From Phoronis australis (taxonomy: Eukaryota > Animalia > Phoronida): a DNA stretch of 64,000 bases. The position numbers and the translations under genes are program-made. This document shows, one piece after another, positions 37,910 to 51,800 of this stretch (position 1 is its first letter; the number at the start of each line of letters is the position of its first letter). The DNA is taken from assembly GCA_002633005.1 (NCBI GenBank), contig NMRA01000175.1:528916-592915 (forward strand), written 5' to 3'. The notes below the pieces were generated by a model that saw nothing but the letters and a program-made list of their open reading frames with translations, was not told where the DNA came from and ran no database searches.

Positions 37910-38168
37910 TTAGAAACACTAGAACATTTTGGTGCATTCCACAGCAAATGTGCCATTGGACAACAGACAAAGTGAACAATTTCCAGGGGACGCTGGGGAA
38001 ACACTAGAACATTTTGGTGCATTCCAAAGCAGATTTGTCATGGGACAATAGACAAAGTGAACAATTTTCAGGGGACACTGGGGAAACACTTACTAGAACA
38101 TTTTGGTGCATTCCAAAGCAGATGTGCTATCAGACCATAGAGACAAAGTGAACAATATCCAAGGGACA
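37910..38168. repeat. ~85-bp tandem repeat x3
   Basis: gaaacactagaacattttggtgcattcca..agca.at.tg..at..gac.a.agacaaagtgaacaat repeated three times. Confidence 0.9.
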
Positions 38169-39835
38169 TATGGGATTGCCAAATCACCTCAAAGAAACAA
38201 TAATTACTTAGACATTTATTCAGTTTCATGAATACCTTGACAATATAGATACCAATGTACCTTCGCATACCCAAGACCCTTCATTCTATAAACAAAACTC
38301 ATATGTATTTCTCATGAAAGGTAACAAGTAAACAATACTAAATCAGGATTCTTATGGTGATATTCAACTATAGGCAATGAATTTAGAGGATACATTTTTT
38401 AGAAACAGTTGACGAAATTAAAATCCACAAAAGAAGACAACAAACAAGCAACTATAAACATCCAAACACCATTTAGTCCAAATGTCTCTTTCCAAGAAAT
38501 ATTATGTAAATTACATATTGACAATTAAACTAAACACCTAAACATCTGCCAGATAAAAATGATTAAAATTCCTATTTTTGTTCAACTTAACCAATTATAA
38601 CAGTGGTGAAGATGGAAAATGAAAACCTGTCAAAGAGGTGAACCAAGTCAAAAGTCGGTAAAAATCTAACAATACATAAATGGAATACAGGCCTGTTTGA
38701 ACTGCGAGTTGGGGTGCTCTGTGCAATCCAACACGTAGTCAATAACAGTCTAAACTCCATTGCAAATGACAATACCAGAGGAGTTTATTCCAAATTTTTA
38801 GAAAATACTTTTCAAACAATACGTAAGGAAGGGACTCCAACCCCTATCGTCTTCACTGACCAAGACTTGTGGGTGGCAATCGGACAGCAGCCAATCGGGG
38901 ATGAGATAGAGAATGATGAGCACATCACACGGAAGTGAGATTGGGAACATAGCCTCACTTCCAGGTTTTGCTCAGCATACTGCATGGTCTCTGTAATCCT
39001 TACAAACGAGAAGTACTGTGATTCTTTTGTAGTTGATAATTTTAATAATTTGGATTCTTAAATTTTGCTCTGCTTATCACTAGTACATACTTTCTCCAAA
39101 AGTTTGTACACCTCCATAAAGAGTCTGACAGTTTGTACAACCATAAAACTCTTCAATAATTTCACAACACATGTCCTGACAATTGGGGGATTTCATCTAT
39201 GGTGCTGTTGACACTTTTCGAATGCATTGTGGGACGGTTGTTGCCTCTTGAACATCCAGTGACAGACAACTAGGCGACGAATAAACAATGACAAAAAACA
39301 ACACTTGCCACTCATGTGCATAAGAATTTAAAGCACGCATGGTTTTGGTGTGAGTACAAGGCAACAGAAATAAAAGATTGAAAACGAGCCTCAAATGAAT
39401 CAAATAATACATAGATCAGCGAGTCTTTTGCACGAAAGATTCTCAAGGCACGTGCTATACAATCAAGCTGAAGTCAAATCTCACCACCAAGAACAGAAAT
39501 TATGAATCAGGTTTCATGTTCACGAACTGATAACCATCCCACAATGCAACTGAAAAATGACAGCAGTGCCATAGAAGTTATAAAAGAACATTATATGAAC
39601 AACACACCGACAATCACTGCTGCAACTATTGAGGAGAATTCGTTGTAAATTATCATTGCAGTTATTAGGAAGAATATGGTATGGACAATGACACAATAAT
39701 CAATGCAATGAATGAGACACAGACGATCATCCTTTCATTCGCTGCTGTAGGTATCACTTCAAATGGCCATGGGGGTTGTTTTAATTGACAAATAATCCTA
39801 ACATGAAGTCGACACTAGGTTCGTGAGAAGTGTTA

Positions 39836-42800
39836 CTAGGTTGTAGTCTGTGTCCTCAGCTGGTAGTCCCCATTCTGGGTGATGTACCTTACCCAGGGAA
39901 GTGCCTGGTACCCACTCTTCTCAATGATCTTCAGGTAACGCACCTGCCAACCACAGACAAGAATAGGTAATAAGAAAAACAGTAATGAAAGTTTCAGTAA
40001 TCCATAAGCCATGAAAACAATACTGCCGGTGCAGTCACAAAATGCCTCTAAAAGGGAAAGCAGCATCCGTTTTGGTGTTACATTTTAAGTAAAAAAAGCA
40101 TTGATTTTTGGTTATCTTGGAGGGACAAATGACCTGCATCTTGGTTCTGTCTTCACTACCATTGGACAAACACAATGCTCAACAAAGACTGTAATCATTA
40201 GTGCGTAAGACGCCCTGTTGACGGACTGGTCCCATCACATTCTATTGTTCCCTTGAAATAAATACACGCTAGGGGACAGTAATCAATGCAGATATCGTAT
40301 CTACAAGATAACATGGGATCCACATTTTTATTAAACATAACACGATACAAGGTATCGTAAAATGGCTGGTGTAAATTAATGTAATAATAACTTGTGCATA
40401 TTCGCTATTTGGTATCTGAACGGTACTGAACAGCTTGTACTTTGACCCATCCCAAAGTTTAATCAAATGTCATCGACCCAATTCCACCACCAAAATTTCA
40501 TAAAAAACTGTTAATTATTTTTTGGACTAAACTGTTAGCATAAATTTTCTAAAAAGCCACATACATGGGGTGTAACCAGTGACAGTACTACCTTTGCAAA
40601 AACATGTAATCTTGCTAAAAATAACCTACCGCATGACATTAAAATTTCCCTTCAGAAAACTTTATCTGGAAACCAAACATACTGGCTAAGTTTACGATTC
40701 TGTCAACAAAAGGGGGTGCATGGAACTCTATTTGGAAAATTCAAAACACATACCAATGGCTTAGACTATAGTGAACCTATCATTGTGCATGTCTGAACTT
40801 CCAACATTGTCTTGAATGCTTATACAACCAAAACTAATTCTAACTGCAATTTGGCACCTTGTACCATTATTTATAAACAGTTCAATGAATAATTAATAAT
40901 AATAATATTATTACCTGTATGCCGGAGACAGTGAAGTAGGGGATCTCAAACTTGACTGCAATTGGTGGCTTCTGTGATACATCTTCACTCTCCACACTCG
41001 GTAGTCCAAAGTGAGCTCTCATCAAGTACTCCTTGCCACCCTATTGTCATAGAAACTGCTTGAGAAGTGCTTCTTTGAACTTAGAAGTATGACCTGGAAG
41101 GTCTGCAGTTGTCTTTAAGTCCCTAAACACCTACCATTACCCCCTCCAGTGTTCAGTAATGGAACTAAACCAACTTTCCACTTAGTCGACATCCTCATTG
41201 CTTTCGGCATATAAAACGAGGCAGGGCAATTACAGGGGCCCCGTGCTTTAAAAACCAGTCTAATGTCCGTGGAGAAAATTGGTTCTTAAAATGCAGGAGT
41301 CCTGTAAGTGATAATTCCCTAAAATGACAGATGTCCTCAACACTGATGGCTGGTTGCTCTCAAGACCAGACCATCACCTCTAACTTGAGTATAGATCTTT
41401 GACCAACATTGCAGCACAAATTCAAAAGTTTCACAGCGTTTTTGACAATGAAAAGTGAGAGCAATTTCAATACTTAGGAAAAAGTCGCTTGAGGGAAATT
41501 CCAAATCATATTCATTTAAGAAAAATTCTTTATCAAAATCATGGTAATAGCCACTTTCAGGGGGTCCGCCATATTGAGAACCAGACATTCAAAAAAAAAA
41601 CTTTGCAAGTGACCATTGCCAAAGCAACAGCTGTACAATGCAACATGATTTAAACAGCGTGTTGACTTAAAAAGATACTGAGCCCGATTTTGGCTTATTA
41701 ACAGATATTAAAAACGACTTTCCCGTCTAGTTCTCTGAAACAACATAATGCTCTACAACCCTCAAAAGTTTGGAGGAAAAAATTGGAAACTCCTTTCAAA
41801 GACTGCTAAAGGGGCAAGTGTGGCCTACGCTTTTAGCGAATTACACGGCAACTGTGGGAAAAGACCACCCACCAAGGACCACAATGTCCAACTTGTGACA
41901 TAGAGTATGAGGTTTAGTCGATTCCTGCCTTTAACTTGGAAGATTGATGCCAGTGATGCATTAGCAAGGGACAGAACGAGAACTGGTGGAAATCATCAAA
42001 ACATGATTTAGTATCCTTTTAAATAACAAAGGCATAGGCAGTGCTGAAACTTACAGGGAATGACTTGATGGTCCATATAACACAGCTAGTCTCTGGCATG
42101 TAACGACAGCTACCCAGAGTTGTTTTAAACTTGGGCGAGAATGCATCATCTGGCACAGGCACTATGATCTCTACGTTGTTTGCTGTAGAACGTCGCTTGA
42201 ACTGGCTCTTTGCCTGTGGAGTATTGAAAGTGATGCTCAGTGATAGCTCAGTCAACGGGGAACGTCACACACTGAGCTTAGCGTAACGGAGCTCAGCAAA
42301 ACCAAAACAAGTGTCCATAGGGTAAGAGTGACCTAGTGCACCCAATGTATTCATGGTAGCTTACCTCGTATATATATGTAGCAGCATTAACACTGCTCAC
42401 AGACTTAGAATACCTTAATCCACTCATGTTAACAGTAGCTTACCCAGTTAATATGAAGCAGCATTAACAGATCTATTTTACACAAGTGATATCCACATTC
42501 ACACCAAGACAACAAAAACTATAACAAAATATGTGACTTCGCTTCACTAAAATCTGCAGTGATATAGGCTATAACCAACGTTCTAATGAAACTATTTTTC
42601 TAAAACTCGATTTCACATCAAGCACTAACAGTATGGTGTAATAACTAGCAGTGAAATCCAAGCATTAGCCATGACAAAAACCAGGTACCCAAGATCAACT
42701 GTAAGTCCTCGGCTGGTAACCCCACATTAGTGGGTGTTCTCACCTTGACCATGTACTCCACACGACTGTGGGCATGTTTCTCAATCACTGACTCCACCCA

Positions 42801-45800
42801 AATCAGTGGTTTCACCTGAAAATCAAGACAGATACAAATCTGGCAACAATACTTCAGCAAGATAAAATGACGCAAACCCTTAAGCTACCATTAGAGGTAC
42901 AGCCCCAGACATCACAAGTTCCTGTGATCAAGAAACTCGTGATGAGTTGACGTATTGACAACATGGCAACCTCTATAAGCAAATACTTTAAACTATACAG
43001 CCTTCATCATTCCCAACTAGTCCTTCAGTATACATGTTGTCAAATGATCAGTTTTCAGCATTTGACCTCAGGGCTATACTAAACCTGCTACAACACCTAG
43101 ATAGAGTTCAATAGCTGTATCGTGGAAAGAAAAATCTGTCCAAAATCACGTGCTCTCATTGAAAATAAACGGCAAAGCCTCCCGTAATTTCGTGAAGTCT
43201 TGCTCTTTAGCAAGGTCCTAGAGTTACTTAAGTCAACCCTGCTTTCTGTCAAAAACGTAACAGACATGGTCTCACCCTTACTCAGATAAGAAGTAATTTC
43301 TGGTCAAGGGAAGAAGTCACAGTTCATTATTGCACTAAACTAGGCTCTAGATGTTGACTGGTAGGTTGTATTATGCGATGAGCATTGTTTCAAGCATTAA
43401 TAAACAACCATTTCTAGATGTTGATTGGTAGGTTGTATTATGCGACGACCATTGTTTCAAGCAATAACAAGCAACCAGTTCATTATTGCACTAGACTATG
43501 GTTGACTGGTAGGTTGTATTATGTGACGACCATTGTTTCAAGCAATAACAAACAACCAGTTCATTATTGCACTAGACTATGCTCTATATGTTGACTGGTA
43601 GGTTGTATTAAGCGACAACCATTGTTTCAAACACCAACAAACAACCAGTTCTAGATGTTGACTGATAGGTTGTATTATGCGATGACCATTGTTTCAAGCA
43701 TTAACAAACAACCAGTTCATTATTGCACTAGACTAGACTCTAAATGTTGACTGGTAGGTTGTATTATGCGACGCGCATTGTTTCAAGCAGTAACAAACAA
43801 CCAGTTCTAGATGTTGACTGGTAGGTTGTATTATGCAAAGCGCATTGTTTCAAGCATTAACAAACAACCAGTTCTTTCCAAGCTTAGAAATAGATTCTCA
43901 AGAATAATTTGAAACCAGTTTTTAATGGCAGGAGGTCTATACNTTGTTTCAAGCAATAACAAACAACCAGTTCACTATTGCACTAGACTATGCTCTATAT
44001 GTTGACTGGTAGGTTGTATTAAGCGACAACCATTGTTTCAAACAACAACAAACAACCAGTTCTAGATGTTGACTGATAGGTTGTATTATGCGATGACCAT
44101 TGTTTCAAGCATTAACAAACAACCAGTTCATTATTGCACTAGACTAGACTCTAAATGTTGACTGGTAGGTTGTATTATGCGACGCGCATTGTTTCAAGCA
44201 GTAACAAACAACCAGTTCTAGATGTTGACTGGTAGGTTGTATTATGCAAAGCGCATTGTTTCAAGCATTAACAAACAACCAGTTCTTTCCAAGCTTAGAA
44301 ATAGATTCTCAAGAATAATTTGAAACCAGTTTTTAATGGCAGGAGGTCTATACCAGAAGTTAGAATCTTTTTGGATGAAGGCTAAACATTTTGTGAATTG
44401 GCGTTCAACAAAATATGGAAATTCAACCAGGAAATGTATGCATCAAATGAATGCACAACTGCAGGAACACAAAGTACAGAACCAGCACATAACGAAAAGA
44501 GTACATGCCAAAAAAATTGGACAAAATGACACAGACTCTCCGTCATGAAAACTGGGCCCAAGCGTAAGCCCCCGTCATGACGGGTCTTTGCCCAGTGTAA
44601 AGGTATTTTTGGTGTGTACTGTAAGATTCAACTGCACATACGTGTGTGTTGAGCCTATAGGACATGAGCTCAAACTCTCCATCCGGTGGTATAAATGATA
44701 TGGTCCGGTCATTCTCAAACCTGGACAGCCGTACACACTGGTGAAACTTGACGTCCTCGAGCTCCACAGACTTGCTCTTGCCTCCTGAAGAAATATTGTA
44801 AATTAACATTTAATGTAGCCATTTCACGCGTAACAAAAACCAAAACATTTTTAATTCAACGGCAGGCTGTATTCAAACCAAACCATTTTTCTCTAAACTT
44901 AATTGGCCTGGTTTGAAACAAAAATCATGAGTCAGTGCCTCTCATGACTAGAAATCATTCAGTCTATTAATCTGAGTAAGAACGAGATTGATTAAAACAG
45001 TAAGTGGATTAAATCAAAAATTGACTTTTGACAAAAGGCATGAGGTTTTGGACCTTTTAATTGTATCATTGTCTGCCACAATGGTCCTAGCTATGACCAA
45101 CAGTACAATCCAGACTCCAAGTAATTTACTGAAACACTTAATTGTGGCGATTTCATCCACGGTGCTACCGTCATTTCCCAACGATGCTTATAAGCTAGTA
45201 AACATCCTGTGACATCACAGATAACTAGAGGATGTGTAACCTGATTGATTTTAATTTGAATACTGGGTGGTGAGATTTACAGCGTGATCGGATGACGTGC
45301 AAAACATTTGCCAATCTTTGTACTAATTTCGATGCATTTTGAAGCTCACTCCCAGTCTTTTGCTTCGTCAGACCATTGCTTCGTCGTATTAGCAACAAAA
45401 AGCATGTTGCAGTTTGCCCTTCGTTTCAATTCTGGTGGGATCAAGTGACAACTGCAGAATGATATGTTCTATCATATTGTTTCCAACTACCCTGTGATGT
45501 CACTTATGTTTATAAGCCAAAAATTGTCCCACAATGCATTTGAACTCCCCCCCCAAATGAATTACAAAACTTTTAATACACATTTTGAAAACAATGGGGA
45601 CTCCTTAATAAAAACAGTATTTTTTAAGATTCAGTAGTTTCATAATTATCAAGTTCACAACAAAGGTCATGATCACACATTTTTTTACCTGGCAAATAGA
45701 AACTTTTTAAAAACCTTTTCATTTCCATTGTTCACTATAATACCACTTCTAGAAAACTATTAATGACAAGATCATGAAAGTTACCGCAAAAAAATCAACA

Positions 45801-48800
45801 TGCTCTACAAACTAAACATAACTGTTGCACAGGCATCCATTAAAATGCAAGCAATTCATGAAATGATTATTTTCAAGTAGAACACAGAAATCAAATACTG
45901 TCATGCTTTCTGATATTTCAATAGAAGACAGAGCTCAAACACTAAGCAGGAAACTGTATTTATTTTCAATGTTTGTGAACTGTGAAAATATTTTCCTTTG
46001 GCATTTAAATGCAGCAATCACTTTTTGGACAAGGCAAACTAAGTAACTCCCAATTTTACATTTGCTCTTCACTCTACATTTCCAGTGGATAATAAAGAAT
46101 TGGCATGAAATCCTGTCACAGATTACTGCGAGGTAAACAGTTGCTTAATGACAGTTTTACAGTCAAGTTTCCTTCTCATGCAATAGCAAATAAGCGTCTC
46201 ACTTTAACAAATTTTTCGCAAGCTGCGAAAGTACATCGCTAAGAATTGTTGCCACAGAATTACATCTTTTTCGCTGCACTGAATTGGAAATTAGATATTG
46301 CTTACTTCCTGTGCTCTCGAAAAGCACCTTGTCGTTGAGACCCAGCCTTAGTTCCGGCATTCCGCTCAGCATGACTCGCATTTGCACGCTGCCCACAATC
46401 TCGCTACGCAACACACTACCAGTGGAACTCACCTACAGAGACATGCACCGTTAGATCACATGCTAATCACATGTTAGTTGCATGCTAATCACATGTTAGT
46501 TGCATGCTACTTACACGCTTGTCACATGCAATGATATACATGTACCTTACAAATGTTTCAAAGTCCGGTAAAATCTTACCAACATATCAAACAAGATATT
46601 TTTCTCTCTTTTCCAAAAGATTACTAACACCAAAGAAATGGTTTACGATTTTCAAGTTCTGAACCAAAGCTGTCATCAGATAGGGTTACAACAGAGTAAA
46701 ATCAATTCTGGCAATTGTTTGAAATTGGTGAGAATTTACTTTAAGTTAAGAAAGTACAGTCAACTGATAAACAGGTACTGATTAACAGTGAACACATGAA
46801 CAAATCTAGAGAGGCTGTTCAGCATGTATACCGTTATTCTATGCTCACATACAACCATAGCTGCATAAATTTGCACCTTTGAGTGGCACTGGACAAACAT
46901 CAAAATTTGTAGGTATAACAATTTATGCACACAAAAGTGGATATAAGACTTTCAACCTTACATTTCCAAGAAACAATTTTCACAAATTCAAACTTTTGGT
47001 TTGTCATTCAATCTGGCAGTCCCTAAATATGGCAGTTTGCTCATGCCTTCACAAATAATCGTTCTACTTGAAGTCAGATAAGTTGGAAAACACAGGAAGG
47101 AAAGGTACCAGCAAGTGCAAGTACCAGTGATGAGCCTGCACGACATTCAAACTCTAAAGACAGTCGTCAGATAAACAGCAAAAAAATACAGTGGACTTTA
47201 ATTTTAGACATTTCTCATGGGCATCTTTGTCTTCAAGTTCATAACAAAGATGCGTACAAAATAAAAAGGATAAAATTTCATTAGATGGGCACTTGTTATC
47301 CTAACTTGCATAAAAAATTGAATTTTGACGATATTATCCAGACGCGTGCTTTTCTCAACACAAAATGGAACCATGGAACTTCCGGTGCTTTCTTGGCATG
47401 CTACATGCGAAGACGAAACAAGACGGTGCGAGGACTGTCCCTAACTACATGCTGATCTTACGCCCTGTACTCTCGAACAGAACTTTGTCGTTGAGCCCGA
47501 GTCGCAACTCGGGCATACCAGTCAAGTAGACCCTCATTTTGACCGAGCCCACGATCTCACTGCGTAGCACACTTCCCATTGAGCTAACCTGGGTTACAAG
47601 CGAGTCATGGCTCTTAGGAAGACAGGTATCGACACTTAGGAACAGACGATCTTTTAGGAGGAAGCTTTCTTTGAAGTAATATATATTTATTGAAGAATAC
47701 ACAGAACATACAAAAAATAATGACAAACCCAGAAAGTGATTATATCTGGATTGTAGACAATTCATAGATGAAAGTAATATACATAGAGGTATATACATTT
47801 AAGTAGTATCTACTATAAGTATTCCAATATTTAGATATGCTATTACGAACACATGAAAACAAAAATATGTGCAGATATGTGTATGGAAATCAGAAGCAAC
47901 AATATTTATAAGTGATGCATAAAAATTTGCTAACGTTGCTTACGAGGAATTCATTGAGAACAAGGTCAAAGTTAGGACTACCATTCAATAATAATGTAAC
48001 TTTAGTAGGGATATTATTACAAAAATTGAGAGCCATTACAATTGATTGGTTTTCATCGAGTGCACGGACGAATGAGTCTCTCAGGTATTCGATGAGGGGA
48101 CATTTGAAGAAAACATGACGATAAGATTGATTTGATAGTCACCACATTTACAGTTTGGAGAGACATTACTAAAGTTGTGAAGGATGCTCATAAGGCGTAA
48201 AGCTCAGGAAAACAGCTGAAGAAAAAATCTCTTTCACAAAACCTAATCCGTGTATGTGATATTCTTTCTACATTGTTAATCTTTTAAATGTTTCTTCAAC
48301 AAAATAATTCACAAAATGATTTCTTAATAAAAACAACTGTATTTATTGACCATGTTATAAAAGGCTTTGAGAATAGGACAAGTGTGAATAACACAGGACC
48401 ACTTTTATAAAACCTTGACCTTAATAGAAAAGCTAAAAGCAGGTGAAAATTCCTGTACAAATAATAAAACCATCTTCAATTAATGAAAGTAACATCAAAG
48501 CAAAAAATCAACCTTAAAACTCCGATGCTAACTCAGACAGATCATCTGAACTGTACATTTTAAGTGAAACCACCAACAGGTGCCATTGACTGGTACATCA
48601 AAAATAACTTTAAGCGACAATAACTCCCCTTTCCCACACAAACACCACCCTTTCTACCATTAAAAATTGGTCTCAAACTGTTCCTTTGGAGGTGATTTTA
48701 GGGCTTCAAAAGAGCCGACAGTTCGTTATTGCTTGAGATAAACACTCCACAATTTGGCTGGTTGTGGCATGTCATTTTATAGACCAAACATGGTCTCAAG

Positions 48801-51800
48801 ACAAACACGGAAATCATTTCCCATTTGAGTAAGAAGCAAGTCGAGACCAAATTTATAGCGATAAGCGACAAAAATCAAAAGGTTTTTTCTTAGGACAGAA
48901 CGTGGGATTACAGCCACTTTGTGGCCCAGTGGCTTCAAGGAATGGTTTCAGTAAGATCGATAAAATATAGATTTCACTTCCTGGATGGAAAGCCGGTTCA
49001 TAGCCAATATCTCAATAATTTTAATTGAATTAAACTCGAAGTAAACAAAGTACACAATGACGAGTTGTTTCAGTGTCTCAAATCCAAAAGAGTCAGTCAC
49101 AGAAACTATGTAAAAAGGTTGATAACCCATCATAAACCCACTTCAGAAATGAGATTTTAATTCAAAGTTTGGCAATGGTGTTGTTTTCTCAACAATGCAC
49201 ATAACTCACCACATGTTCGTTCATATGTCATGTCGGCATCACGTTCATTTTAAGTGTAGTGTGCAGGTGCTTGTGTGTGCATGAGTGCTTACTGTTTTTT
49301 TGAGTGATGACAGATGGCCACTTTAAATTGAATTTAAATTGGGTTGTGTAAGAACCTCAAGTAGAATCCTGAGATAGAATCTGAGTTCACAGACAGAATG
49401 TTGGGACCCGAATTTGTGCAGACTCCCTGGCCATTCTCACTTACCAGAAGGTTAACTGATTCGATCACATCCAGGAAGACTTCGTTTTTCCTGTACTTTA
49501 TGCCCTCTGACCTCCATGACACGGCATTGGTCAATGTGGCCGGAGGACGTTGCGCCCCCTCGAGTTTGTGACCTTCCTGTGTGATGAACCTGTACGTAAG
49601 GAATAAGACCAACAATTTTACACAGATGGATGCAATATGGCCACAGCGAGGTGATGAGAGGGTGAAAGGCAAGGTGATGAGGGGGTGAAAGGCGAGGTGA
49701 TGAAGGGGTGAAAGGCGAGGTGATGAGGGGGTGAAAGGCAAGGTGATGAGGGGGTGAAGGGCAAGTTGACGACGGGGTGACAGGTGAGGTGATGAGAAGG
49801 TGAAAGGCGAGGTGATGAGGGGGTAAAAGGCGTGGTGATGAGGTGGTGAAGTGTCGGTTACACCTTAAAGAAAAATGCTTTGAATGCAACAACTAACAAT
49901 TATTGCTTGCTTGAGAGACCAGGCTTCAGTGTGAGTGCCTGTGATAGATTCCTTGGATGGAGCTCACTGACATTAATGTACAAGAGCTACTTACTAGTGG
50001 AGCAGCATAAAGTGGTAGACATTAGCTGGTAGTTTCATAGCTTAAAATTAGTTTATCAACATTTCATGAACAAATGAAGGATACAGAGCAGTTAAGTGGA
50101 AATGTTTACCAAAGAACTGTAGTATCATCCACAGCAATATTTCAATCCTAAGTTTAGCCCGTAACCTGCACCTTTTCTCAAAAACCAAAGCAACTGCTTA
50201 AAGAGATTAATTTCGTTCAGCAATCTCACTCTTGTAATATCTTGCTATCCGTTGTCTGTGGGAACCCAAAGTCCATAACTTCATCTAGGAGTTCGTAAAC
50301 AAGGACAAAGTTGTCGCGTATACTCTCTTCTTCCATCTCCTTGAAGTATTCACAGAAGACCTGCAGAAGTAAGATCACATCTTAGAATTCAACTGTAAGA
50401 CTGAGTCATGATCAACAACATTATACACGATTGAAGCTGCTATAAGCCAACATTCCATCCAAGAAGCGACCTTTTAATTTAGACCACATAGTCTCAACTT
50501 GTTCCTTACTCAGATAAGAAGTGATGTCTAGCTTTAACAAAAGAATGCCAATTCGTTATTCCTTGAGACTGTGCCTGGTGCATAAAACGACACACCTTGA
50601 AAAGCCAACCGAAACAGCACTAACAAACTGTCAGTTCTTTTGAAGCCTTGACATCACCCCCCAAATTGACCAAGGAACAATTTGGGACAAATTTCATTAC
50701 AGAAAATGGTCTGAATCAAAAGCAAACAAGGGACCAAAGAAGGACAGAGACATAGACAACAACCATGCTTATGTTTGATGAAACACTGAAGAGCATGGCA
50801 CAGTAAAATTATCACCATGAAGTTGTTATAGGAACTTAAAAGTGTATAATGGAATGACTATCCTAATGTATGAACTACGTCATAGAAAAACTCTAAGAAA
50901 TTGCACAAATACATTTGAGGTTACAGAGGAACAATCAAAATGAAGGAAATAATTATCACATGAAGACTCGGACAATTCTTCATATTCAAATAACCTTCTT
51001 GGCCGAAGTAAATTCCAACCTTCATTAATATGTTCAACCAAGCCCAAGTATGTGTTAGACAGCTATCACTAAGTTCTTTAAACACTGAAGCCAACAACTC
51101 ACCTGCACAACTTTATGAAGGAAGCTGAACACCAGCGTTATGTTGGCGTTCTTCTTGGTTGTGGCCACCACTGAGGCATGCAGTTAAAGACAACTAACAC
51201 AGTGGTCACATTGTCAATCAGCACAAACGACTTGATCAATAAAGAAGGTCGCAAGGAATTTTATTCACTGCTTCAGCGTGAATCCTTATTTCCTGTTATC
51301 GATTTATTTATTTATTTATTCAACTCTTACTACTAACTTCTGGATATCTGAAACTTTTGCGTGTACTTCATTCAGTTTTAATTTTTAAAGGGACATTTAT
51401 CATTTTTGCGGCCGAAAAACAAAACTTTGAGGTTATTATTAGAGATAGGCTTTTTGAAGTTATTATCTTTGACCAGAACTATAAAACAATTAGAATCCTT
51501 AGTGATTGTCAATTCTCGCCATTGTCAGCTAGACATTTGTTGACATCAAGGCTGGTGACTGCCATTTAAGTATGCTAAAATACTATCATCCATCTATTGA
51601 GCGAGATTTAGCTGTAACACGAGAGTTTCGAGTTCAATTCCACACTGAGGTTGATCTCAGAAAAAGCTCGAAAATGTCACTGTAAAGCTCCTACTGAGTG
51701 TGAGATTGGCTAAAATTCAAATTAAAGTAAATTTTTATAAGTTACAAATCGACAGGAGTCATAAGTTTTTACCTATCCCCAAAGCCACCTGTCCTAGCAT

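Noticed and set aside
43533-44353. 410-bp tandem duplication in AP1M1 intron 7
   Set aside because: Near-identical copies abut a single N, so this is most likely a contig-overlap or haplotype artefact rather than biology.
49230-49241. 12-nt antisense match to the AP1M1 start (ATGTCGGCATCA) in intron 5
   Set aside because: About one 12-mer match is expected by chance between a 1.3-kb CDS and ~12 kb of intron.
44785-49444. Dscam-style docking/selector pairings around exons 6a/6b
   Set aside because: Only weak complementarities were visible by eye; not supportable without folding and covariation analysis.
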